A stretch of DNA of 21,158 bases from Nanobdellati archaeon. Its GTDB lineage: Archaea > B1Sed10-29 > JAGVWA01. The stretch is from positions 1-21,158 of the forward strand of contig JAGVWA010000011.1 of assembly GCA_018304505.1 (NCBI GenBank), read 5' to 3'. Below are positions 9,477 to 17,135 of this stretch, one piece after another (positions within the stretch are counted from its first letter, which is position 1; the number at the start of each line of letters is the position of its first letter). The notes beneath the pieces are model-generated. The model made no database searches. It was given only the letters and a program-made list of their open reading frames with translations, and was not told the DNA's origin. Position numbers and translations under genes: made by a program.

Positions 9477-9923
9477 ATGAAACGCGGCGGGCGCGGCCAG
9501 GGTGCATTTGAGTTCATCATGCTGTATTTGTGGGCAATGATCATAGTAGGGGTCATTGGCATAGTGATTTTCGGCAGCGGGCTTTTCGGGCACGGGGTGA
9601 CGCAGGAAGACGTTTCAAAATTCACAACCGTGTTCCCTGACGACTTCGCCTTCTACAACACCGGCACGAACTCCTCGGTTGCGTGGAGACAATCTGGAGA
9701 AACCCGACTTGCAAACATCTCGCTGAACTATTCGGGGCACTGCAACGCAACAACGAGTCTTGGTGAATTGCGTCCTGGCAGATCGATCTTGGACGAGTTT
9801 GACTGCAACACGCAGTGCGACACCGATGAGCCCATTGTTGTGGACATTGACCTTAGTTATACCACGGGCACCGGAAGGCTAATTAATGAATTCGGGGTTA
9901 TTAAGACAAGGTGTAGCGGGTGA
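9477..9923 (+). CDS. Class III signal peptide (type IV pilin-like) protein
   Basis: MKRGGRG|QGAFEFIMLYLWAMIIVGVIG: basic N-terminus, G|Q cleavage site, Glu at +5, hydrophobic helix. TATA CTTATAAA at ~9447-9454. Confidence 0.85.
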   Translation: MKRGGRGQGAFEFIMLYLWAMIIVGVIGIVIFGSGLFGHGVTQEDVSKFTTVFPDDFAFYNTGTNSSVAWRQSGETRLANISLNYSGHCNATTSLGELRPGRSILDEFDCNTQCDTDEPIVVDIDLSYTTGTGRLINEFGVIKTRCSG

Positions 9924-9930
9924 TCCAAAG

Positions 9931-10290
9931 ATGAATGCTGACGCGATTCCAATAAACCCACCAAAAATTACGACACAAGACAAAATGAGCTATGCGAAAG
10001 AATTCCAGGCCTTCGTCAAAAACGTCAGGGAAAAGCCTGAAGACTACATACACGAAACCGAGGACATTCAAGAAAACGGTACCCATTTCATTGTGTATGA
10101 GCCGCGCAGAAAGGGCCTGCCGACCGTGCATTTCGTACCCAAGGCAGTGTACGATGAATTTGAGGGAAAGCGCGTAAGAACGCTCCAGGAATTCACTGGC
10201 CCAACAGTTAAAATCGACACTGGGGACGGCCGCGAACTACAGGTAAGCTGCTACGGCATCGAGCAATCCATGTTGGCCATCAACTTCTAG
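9931..10290 (+). CDS. Hypothetical protein (119 aa)
   Basis: Open frame with protein-like composition. ATG 9931 follows a GGTGAT SD-like sequence just after the pilin stop. Confidence 0.7.
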   Translation: MNADAIPINPPKITTQDKMSYAKEFQAFVKNVREKPEDYIHETEDIQENGTHFIVYEPRRKGLPTVHFVPKAVYDEFEGKRVRTLQEFTGPTVKIDTGDGRELQVSCYGIEQSMLAINF

Positions 10291-10310
10291 CCCCGCGTGA
10301 CTTGATTTTC

Positions 10311-11012
10311 ATGCAATTAAAAGAAACCCTGACGACGATTGATACATACGACAACATTTCTGAGGCAGACCTAGACACTCAGTTTAATCAACCCCTTGAC
10401 TCGTCACATTTGGGAAAATTCATAGACTTGCTGCACGGCAAGCTGATTTTAGACGCGGGGTGCGGCCCCGGCCGCAACTCGAAATATTTCCAAGGACTAG
10501 GCTACGAAGTCACCGGCATCGACGCATCCAAAACCGCGATAGAGTCCGCCAAAAAACGCGTGCCAGGCGTAACGTTCTACAAAATGGATATCCTAAATTT
10601 GGCGTTCAAGTCTCGTCATTTTGACGGCGTCTGGTGCAACGCCACTTTTCTTCACGTGCCAAAAGAGCATGCCCGCGCCGCGTTACAAAGCTTGCGCAAC
10701 GTACTCAAGGAAGGTGGCGTGCTGTTTCTGAGCCTTAAATATGGAAAGAAAAAACCGGGATACGAAACAGAAACGTATGGCCGGCCGCGGTACGAATCAT
10801 ACTACTCAGAAGCTGAAATACAAGACCTGCTGATAAAAAATGGCTTCGAGATCCTAAAAGCAGAAACTGGCACGGAAGCAGAAACGGGCGCAGAGACAAC
10901 CGGCACGGGCACAACCGGCACGGACACAACCGGCACGGACACAACGAACACTGGCCACGTTAACCCAAAACAAAAATGGCTGTACGTCTACGCAAGGCGG
11001 CACACTGAATAA
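10311..11012 (+). CDS. Class I SAM-dependent methyltransferase
   Basis: Motif I ILDAGCGPG, VTGIDAS, FDGVWCNATFLHVP, LKEGGVLFLS. Confidence 0.92.
   Translation: MQLKETLTTIDTYDNISEADLDTQFNQPLDSSHLGKFIDLLHGKLILDAGCGPGRNSKYFQGLGYEVTGIDASKTAIESAKKRVPGVTFYKMDILNLAFKSRHFDGVWCNATFLHVPKEHARAALQSLRNVLKEGGVLFLSLKYGKKKPGYETETYGRPRYESYYSEAEIQDLLIKNGFEILKAETGTEAETGAETTGTGTTGTDTTGTDTTNTGHVNPKQKWLYVYARRHTE
10863..10955 (+). repeat. In-frame 15-bp tandem repeat (TTGTD-like) inside the methyltransferase
   Basis: ACAACCGGCACGG(G/A)C x3 at 10896-10940, plus degenerate flanking copies. Confidence 0.9.
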
Positions 11013-11024
11013 ATAATCAGTTAA

Positions 11025-11462
11025 TCAATCGTCATTGCGCAGGGCGTCTTTCCCATATTCGTCCTCTAGTGCGCGAATCTGGTCAATGGTATTGTTTACC
11101 ATGTCAACCCTATCATTTCTCACACTTGTTATGGCCTCGATTTGAGCATCTACAATAGCAACGGCGGCATTGCCAGCAACAACATCGGCAACCCTTTCCC
11201 GTACAATTTTACGCGCCATTGCCGTCGCGTGGTCACCCCTTGCACCATCTGTCAAAAGCAGGCTATCGCTGCCTTCAACATCAAGCAAAATCCGCTTGCC
11301 AGGAATGATGTGCGCCTCGTGTATGGGCAAGACTGAGATTTCAATGTATTCCCCCATATCTTTTGCGTCACGGTGTATCTCAGGGTGTTCTACACTAAAC
11401 AGCGCTTTTCGTTTCAGGCCGTCTAGTTGATCTGGATCGTGTATCGTTGTTATGTCCCACAT
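11025..11462 (-). CDS. Hypothetical protein, MW(D/N) family copy A
   Basis: 145 aa, begins MWDI, own TATA (TTATATAC on minus strand, ~11491-11498). Clear paralog of 11542..12003 (LLLTDG..G.HA...AR.I). Confidence 0.85.
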   Translation of the reverse strand: MWDITTIHDPDQLDGLKRKALFSVEHPEIHRDAKDMGEYIEISVLPIHEAHIIPGKRILLDVEGSDSLLLTDGARGDHATAMARKIVRERVADVVAGNAAVAIVDAQIEAITSVRNDRVDMVNNTIDQIRALEDEYGKDALRNDD

Positions 11463-11541
11463 GCTAATCTTAAGGTTATTGCACCGCGCAGTATATAACT
11501 GTTTTGGTTTTCTCGGCTAAATTAAAGCCCGCGGGGATTGT

Positions 11542-12003
11542 TTAATCCTGGTCGTCTTTTTCAAATAAGTCCTCAATGTCATACAAGCTCCGTACACACC
11601 CAACAAACTCATCGGTCCTGTGCACGGCTTCTCTTATTTCTCTCTCCGTTTCGTCGAGCATCTTCCGTTGCTTTTGAATTTCCATAAACTCAAGCGTGCT
11701 GCGCACCTGCTCTTCAAGGGCGCTAGATGCAATTCTCCTGGCGATCTCTGAAGCATGCGCCCCCTCTGGGCCATCTGTCAAAAGCAGGCCGCTTCGTGTG
11801 CTTTCTGAATCATCACCTTGTTCAATCAAAATCCCGTGCGGTAGTAAAACGTGCGCATTTAGAACCGGCCCCTCTTTTGCCCCCAGTTCCGCGTTACCCG
11901 GGGCGATCTCAGAAAGCACCGCTGGGTTATTTGCACTAGCTATTGCTGTTTTTCGCAACCACTCAAGTTTACTTGGGTCGGTTACGGTTCTAATGTCCCA
12001 CAT
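11542..12003 (-). CDS. Hypothetical protein, MW(D/N) family copy B
   Basis: 153 aa, begins MWDI, own TATA (~12031-12040). Upstream region is homologous to that of copy A. Confidence 0.85.
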   Translation of the reverse strand: MWDIRTVTDPSKLEWLRKTAIASANNPAVLSEIAPGNAELGAKEGPVLNAHVLLPHGILIEQGDDSESTRSGLLLTDGPEGAHASEIARRIASSALEEQVRSTLEFMEIQKQRKMLDETEREIREAVHRTDEFVGCVRSLYDIEDLFEKDDQD

Positions 12004-12081
12004 CTGATCTTGTGGTTACTGGGTCGTGCGGTATATAAATGTTTGCGCACGGGTTGTATATTTGGATATTAAAATTAGTTA

Positions 12082-12315
12082 TTAGAACACGTCGCCGTCT
12101 TCCCCATATGACTCGCCGTCGTCCGAATCATAATCTGTGTCATCGTCGTCTGGGAAATCGCCATCCAGATCATCATCAGGGAATTCATCGTCAGGATCCC
12201 ACCCCTGGTCTGGGCCTGTGTCAACGTCTGTTTGCTCCAAACGCCTTGCAGCGGCAAACATTTTTTTGGTCTCGTCGGCGCGTGCAGCGTCGTAATGTAA
12301 TTGGATGTCCCACAT
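12082..12315 (-). CDS. Small hyperacidic protein, MW(D/N) family copy C
   Basis: 77 aa from ATG 12315: MWDIQLHYDAARADETKKMFAAA followed by an Asp-rich tail. TATA-like TTTAAAAA ~30 bp upstream. Confidence 0.75.
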   Translation of the reverse strand: MWDIQLHYDAARADETKKMFAAARRLEQTDVDTGPDQGWDPDDEFPDDDLDGDFPDDDDTDYDSDDGESYGEDGDVF

Positions 12316-12372
12316 AAGATCAACAATCCAATAACCCACATGGTCTTTTTAAAGTTTTCCCTGGTGGCTTCT

Positions 12373-13602
12373 TCAGCGTGCGATCAGCATTCTCCAGAGG
12401 GTTCCCGGGGTTATCGAGATTCGATCGATCGGCGACTCGTTTATGAACGTTCCGGCAAGCATGTCCCTGAATTCCTTGCTCGCATGTATGCGCTTTATGG
12501 CGAAGTTGAGAAGCCACTTGTGCTTTAAGAATCTCTGGAGCCTTGTCGAGTTCTTAAATTCACCCCCAATTTCCTTCAGTAGTTCATCGCGGTACTCGCC
12601 AAGGTTCTGCTTTGAAAAATCGTTATCATAAAAGGCCTTTAGAATCACCTTTGATGCCACACGGGCGCTCAGCATGCCGTTTCCAATACCCTCGCCGCTG
12701 AACGGGTCAATAAGGCCGGCGGCGTCGCCAATTAGCAGTGCCCCATCAAAAACCATCTCCCGCGGCTTGCTTCCAAGTGGCAGGTTCCAGCCAACTATCT
12801 TGCCCTTCTTCTTCGCGTTCTTGAAGCGACCTTTCATCAGCGGGTTTTTTTCAACGATTTCGTCCATCAGCTTAACTAGATTCACGTTCCGTTCTTGGCG
12901 CGCATCAACCAGCATGCCCAAGCCCACATTAGCTTCGTTTTTGTCGCCAGTTGGGAAGATCCAGAAATATCCGGGCATCACTTCGTCGACAAAATGAATT
13001 TCTATGCGATTCGTCATTCCCTCGACGCCATCATAGTACGCGCGCACCGCGATACTCGTGTTTGGGGGATCCATCAACTCCAGCCCTAACTTTTGGGCAA
13101 CGACACTAGTGGCCCCGTCAGCACCAACAACCATGCGAGAAATGAATTCGTGGTCTTGGCCCTTTGCGTCCTTGGCCTTTATTCCAACAACCCTGCTGTT
13201 GTCGAAAATCAAATCCATAACAGCGAGGCCTTCCATTACCGTTGCGTGTTTTTTGGCTTCTTGAAACACCAGGTTGTCGAACATTTGGCGCTTGCACACA
13301 AAACCGAGAAACGTCTCATCTGGTTTTGGGTTGTCGATCTCTGCCGCAATTCCTTTTGGGCTCGAGATGAGTACGCCGTTGATCTTTGCCGCTCCCGTTT
13401 TTGCAACTCGGTCCACCAAATCAAGGTCCTTGAGGATCGCCATGCTTTTTCCCGAGATGGCATCACCACAGGTCTTGTCCCGGGGAAACGTGGCCTTGTC
13501 TATTAAGAGGACGCGCTTGCCCGCCTTTCCCATGTAGATAGCGCAGGCGCTGCCGCTGGGGCCTGCCCCAACAATGATTACGTCAAAATCCGCTTGTTGC
13601 AT
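12373..13602 (-). CDS. Geranylgeranyl reductase family FAD-dependent oxidoreductase
   Basis: DVIIVGAGPSG, FPRDKTCGDAIS, VGADGATS, PGYFWIFP, LLIGDAAGLIDPFSGEGIGNG. GGAGA SD upstream. Confidence 0.93.
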   Translation of the reverse strand: MQQADFDVIIVGAGPSGSACAIYMGKAGKRVLLIDKATFPRDKTCGDAISGKSMAILKDLDLVDRVAKTGAAKINGVLISSPKGIAAEIDNPKPDETFLGFVCKRQMFDNLVFQEAKKHATVMEGLAVMDLIFDNSRVVGIKAKDAKGQDHEFISRMVVGADGATSVVAQKLGLELMDPPNTSIAVRAYYDGVEGMTNRIEIHFVDEVMPGYFWIFPTGDKNEANVGLGMLVDARQERNVNLVKLMDEIVEKNPLMKGRFKNAKKKGKIVGWNLPLGSKPREMVFDGALLIGDAAGLIDPFSGEGIGNGMLSARVASKVILKAFYDNDFSKQNLGEYRDELLKEIGGEFKNSTRLQRFLKHKWLLNFAIKRIHASKEFRDMLAGTFINESPIDRISITPGTLWRMLIAR

Positions 13603-13630
13603 AAATATCTCCCTTTTCTTGTGTTGTTTA

Positions 13631-13726
13631 TAATCCGCTGTAATCTATTGCTTGTAATCTGCTGTAATCTATTGCTTGTAATCCGCTGTAATCTGTTGTT
13701 TATAAGCTTCTGTAATCTATTGCTTG
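13631..13726. repeat. Four 24-bp tandem units in the GGR promoter region
   Basis: TAATCCGCTGTAATCTATTGCTTG / TAATCTGCTGTAATCTATTGCTTG / TAATCCGCTGTAATCTGTTGTTTA / TAAGCTTCTGTAATCTATTGCTTG. Confidence 0.92.
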
Positions 13727-13796
13727 TTCCTGCTTAAGCTTTTTACGCCGCGCTGTAATTTAAAGTTTACGCTGGCCGCGCCGTTGTCAGTGCACC

Positions 13797-15113
13797 TCAC
13801 AGGTATTGCTCTGTGTAAAGTGCCGTGGCATAAATAAGAAACTGACTCATGCTGTTGTTTTCGATTGCCTGGTAGTACCTTTCTTTTGAATCTGCTTCGA
13901 AGGTAACTGGAAAATAATCTCTCGAGATGAGCAAATTGAAAATCAATCTAGCTACCCTGCCGTTGCCGTCTTGAAACGGGTGAATCATAACAAACTGCTG
14001 GTGTACAACAGATGCCAAAATAAATGGGTGCAGCGTGTCCTTGTTTTCCCTGTACCACGTCATCAGTGAACGCATTCTTTCTTTTACGTGCACCGGCGGC
14101 GTTGTGGGGTGGTTTCCAACCACGTTGTAGCCCGCCTTGTACTTGCCGGCGCTTTTGCTGATGTTCTTTTCTATAAAATAGTGCAGATCTTTTATCAGCG
14201 CCCCGTCAAAGTCGCTCGCCGACTTTTGCTGCGCCCACTCAAAAGCCTCTGCGGTATTTATCGTTTCATGCAGGTCCTTAGCTTTTGCGTACCTGGGAAA
14301 GGTTCCTGCGGTGATGTACTTGGTGACTTCTGATGCGGTTAGGGGGTTTCCCTCTATCCGATTTGTGTTGTACACGTACCTATATTTCCGCTGCTTTTCC
14401 AACTCGTCCCTCGTTGCTTCTGGCAAGCTCTTCAGATAATACGCATGCTGTTTAGTGATTTCGCCAATTTTGGCCAGTTGTATCATTATTCTCTCATCTG
14501 GGGCATATGCCCTTGCTTTGTCAAGAAAGTAATCCCCTCCTTGCACATAGTGCTCGTCACACGCCTGCTTTATCCCCTTGTCCGATTGTGCCCCCCGCGG
14601 TTTTCTTGCTGCTGTTTTCTCAAGCTTTTCCAAAAATTCTAAGTACTCATCAGCAGTTACCCTTGGCACAATGTTGAAGTAATCCAACAGTGTTCTTGCT
14701 ATCGTTTCGTTGGCCCGTAGGCTTGCCGTCAGCGGCCTCTTTTTCGTTATCAGCGCGATCTTTAACCTGTGCAACTGCCTTGTCTTTCTTATGCCGTTGA
14801 GGCTAGCGTTTTTTGCAATTTCTAAACTCTTGCTGCCGGCCAGCAGTCTGAGGAGCTTTTCTGTTCCCGGCGAAATCAGGAAGAGGTAGTCCTTTGGTGC
14901 TATTTCCCTTAGCAAAATCAGCTTCCTGGCCTTTTCACTTGCTGGGTTTGCTATGTACGTTTTTCCTTTTTTCGTTATCAGGCCATCCGTCCTAAGTGCT
15001 GCTAGCTGAGTGTACAGGTTCGGCAACGCGGTCTGTGTTTTTTCTGCTAGCTCTTGAGCTGTGAGGCCCTCTGGGCGCTTGAACAAATAACTTAGCACTA
15101 TGTACTTCTTCAT
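13797..15113 (-). CDS. Fic-domain protein with N-terminal winged HTH
   Basis: Canonical Fic motif HPFQDGNGRVAR, upstream inhibitory motif TNRIEGN, N-terminal GLTAQELAEKTQTALPNLYTQLAALRTDGLI. Start could alternatively be 15128. Confidence 0.9.
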   Translation of the reverse strand: MKKYIVLSYLFKRPEGLTAQELAEKTQTALPNLYTQLAALRTDGLITKKGKTYIANPASEKARKLILLREIAPKDYLFLISPGTEKLLRLLAGSKSLEIAKNASLNGIRKTRQLHRLKIALITKKRPLTASLRANETIARTLLDYFNIVPRVTADEYLEFLEKLEKTAARKPRGAQSDKGIKQACDEHYVQGGDYFLDKARAYAPDERIMIQLAKIGEITKQHAYYLKSLPEATRDELEKQRKYRYVYNTNRIEGNPLTASEVTKYITAGTFPRYAKAKDLHETINTAEAFEWAQQKSASDFDGALIKDLHYFIEKNISKSAGKYKAGYNVVGNHPTTPPVHVKERMRSLMTWYRENKDTLHPFILASVVHQQFVMIHPFQDGNGRVARLIFNLLISRDYFPVTFEADSKERYYQAIENNSMSQFLIYATALYTEQYL

Positions 15114-15135
15114 GCCTGTATTCTGCATTTTTTAG

Positions 15136-15208
15136 TATAAAAATATACCTGTTTTGGTTAAAATAATCATTTTTTAGCATAAACAGATATAAAATTATAC
15201 CTGTTTTG
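15136..15208. promoter_or_regulatory. Putative operator: 21-bp direct repeat plus inverted repeat over the Fic promoter
   Basis: TATAAAA(A/T)TATACCTGTTTTG at 15136-15156 and 15188-15208. Imperfect palindrome AAACAGATATA-aaat-TATACCTGTTT at 15181-15206. Confidence 0.6.
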
Positions 15209-15329
15209 TGCTCGGGGGTCTTTTTGGGCTTTAACCGACCTTCTTTTATACTATCCGCTTTATTTGTGCCGTCTGCTTCTTTTTTGTATATACCGCCCTC
15301 TTCGTGCTGCTGGCCCCATTTATACTGCG

Positions 15330-16022
15330 TCAGAGCAACGCCAGGAACTCCTTGGCCGTCTCAATGTTTGGTTTGAACGGAAATCGCTCGAAGAAAGACC
15401 TGAACTCTGGATAGAACTCCAGTGTGGCGTCGATGAGGGTCTGCTCCCTATCCGAGAAGTCCAGCGAGCGCATTTCCAGCTGCAGCACGTGCCGGTATGC
15501 CGGGTCGGTGTAGCACATGAACAGGTTGATGGCGTGCCACAGGAAGTCCGTCAGTTTTCGGTCCCTGACTAATGGATAGAACAGCGTAATGAGGTCGAAA
15601 TTATGTTCTTGTAGGACGGGCAGGTTGTACATGAAGAACGCGTCGTCGAGGTACAGGAAGTTCACCTGATACAATGCAGTGAGGTTGCGCGGTAGTGTAA
15701 GATCCTGGTTTGCGTGGTGAATCCTCATCAGGGCCCGGATCTTGGCCCAGTCACCCCCAGCGCTCCCTGTATCTCCCATACTCATGGAAACCCCGACGCG
15801 CCGGGTGTCTGGGGTGTACTTTACTAAAATGTTCTTGGCAACGAGGTCTGCAAGCACATCATCCTGCACGAACCTGCTGACCTTCTTGTCCGGCGTTTTC
15901 GGGTAAAAGCCCGGAACGGTGTCTCTTAGGTGCCGCGCGATCTCTGTCGCGCTTCTGGGAATTGGGTACCTGCAGAACTCCAGCGTTTTCATCTTGGCGA
16001 GGTCCTTGCTGTAGTGCACCAT
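15330..16022 (-). CDS. Hypothetical protein with probable N-terminal winged HTH
   Basis: 230-aa ORF. PRSATEIARHL...VSRFVQDDVLADLVAKNILVK resembles a wHTH. Confidence 0.7.
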   Translation of the reverse strand: MVHYSKDLAKMKTLEFCRYPIPRSATEIARHLRDTVPGFYPKTPDKKVSRFVQDDVLADLVAKNILVKYTPDTRRVGVSMSMGDTGSAGGDWAKIRALMRIHHANQDLTLPRNLTALYQVNFLYLDDAFFMYNLPVLQEHNFDLITLFYPLVRDRKLTDFLWHAINLFMCYTDPAYRHVLQLEMRSLDFSDREQTLIDATLEFYPEFRSFFERFPFKPNIETAKEFLALL

Positions 16023-16232
16023 GGCTTAATCTTTCATTTAAGGTATAAAAAAGTATGGGTGCTTTCTCGGACTTGGCGTAATCCTGCGGGCTGTGTAGGT
16101 TCGGCACATGTCAGACCACGTGTCCGGCTCAACAGTTCTCAGACCACACCTCCAGCCCAGCAGTTCTCCGGCCCAATAGTTCCAGTATTCGGTTTTTCAG
16201 AAATCGGTAGTTGTAGTAGTAGAAAGTAATTG

Positions 16233-16274
16233 CGTATATATAATATAATACGTATATATAATATAATATAATGT
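16233..16274. repeat. AT-rich tract built from a perfect 18-bp tandem duplication
   Basis: CGTATATATAATATAATA x2 at 16233-16250 and 16251-16268. Confidence 0.95.
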
Positions 16275-16275
16275 A

Positions 16276-16615
16276 TCTGTTGGTGTGTTGGTTGGTTCGG
16301 TTGTTGATTGGTTCGGTTGTTGATTGGTTTGATTGTTGGTTGATTCGGTTGTTGATTGGTTTGGTTGGGGCTGGTTTGGGTTTTGGTTGGGGTTGTTTGT
16401 GCATTTTTTGGGGGTTGGTTTGGGTTTTTTGTTGGTTCGTTTGGGTTGGTTGTGGGTGGAAGCTGGTCGCTTGACCGTGTTGGTTGTTTGACAAAAATGG
16501 GTTGCTTAGCGATGATTTTGGTGTGTTGTGGGTGTTGGGTTGTTGGTTGGTTTTTGGGTGTGTTGTGGTTGGGGTTGTTTTGGGGTTGTGGGTGTTGTGT
16601 TGCGGTACGTGTTGG
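16276..16615. repeat. Strand-biased G/T low-complexity tract, starting with five 16-bp units
   Basis: TTGGTTCGGTTGTTGA-like units at 16292-16371, then mostly G and T to ~16615. Confidence 0.9.
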
Positions 16616-16619
16616 GCCC

Positions 16620-16985
16620 CTATCGTCTGTGGTGCCTGATCAGGTGGGCTGGCGACTTTTTGTACAAACCCGTGCTGCTAGTCCTTGAGCGTACCGCCCT
16701 TTGCGGTTCTGGCGCGTGTTCTTCTGGTTCGGGGCTATAAGCCGGGCCCCCACGCCGTTGTACAAGCACAATGTCCTTAACTGATAAAACGTTTGAGTAT
16801 GAAACCGACATGTCCCGAGCCATTACACGTGCTTCTTCCTTGCTCATTGGCCGCAGGGCCTGCGTTGTGAGCTTGAGCACACCCCCCATTTCTAGGTCTA
16901 GGATTATGTCATGGACCTTGCCAACATAACCCGCTTCTGCGCTGAAGATGTCCATACCGTACATGCGTGATAGCTCTACTGTCAT
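16620..16985 (-). CDS. PRC-barrel domain protein (archaeal COG1873 / CdpB-like)
   Basis: LSRMYGMDIFSAEAGYVGKVHDIILDLEMGGV...VSYSNVLSVKDIVLV, followed by a disordered basic tail. Confidence 0.88.
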   Translation of the reverse strand: MTVELSRMYGMDIFSAEAGYVGKVHDIILDLEMGGVLKLTTQALRPMSKEEARVMARDMSVSYSNVLSVKDIVLVQRRGGPAYSPEPEEHAPEPQRAVRSRTSSTGLYKKSPAHLIRHHRR

Positions 16986-17018
16986 GATGTTTCGCCAATG
17001 AGAAATAGGAAGCAGGGG

Positions 17019-17034
17019 TTTATAATTCTTTCGT
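17019..17034 (-). promoter_or_regulatory. BRE-TATA promoter of the PRC-barrel gene
   Basis: Minus strand ACGAAAGAATTATAAA. Confidence 0.65.
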
Positions 17035-17135
17035 TTTCAGAAGCCGCACAACGAAATACTGGAAGTAGCCCCCCAGCGCGGGGCGTTGAAACAACCCCCA
17101 ACCAGGAACGCCAAACCCGGCCAGCAAGTCAAGGA

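Noticed and set aside
12075-12341. Alternative MW-starting ORF MWVIGLLIL...
   Set aside because: Its ATG is only ~5 bp from the TATA-like box and the product is a Met/Thr-rich shadow of the Asp-rich frame. The MWDI frame matches the neighbouring genes.
8713-12400. Integrated element or provirus at tRNA-iMet
   Set aside because: No integrase and no duplicated tRNA 3' end (att site) seen in the window.
16179-16200. GTTCCAGT as an ORB element
   Set aside because: Only a half match; it lacks the GGAAAC part and G-string and occurs once.
16129-16740. ORFs 16129..16494, 16271..16474, 16356..16688, 16528..16740
   Set aside because: Low-complexity translations (N/Q/P/T or G/V/W/L/C) arising from the stop-poor G/T tract.
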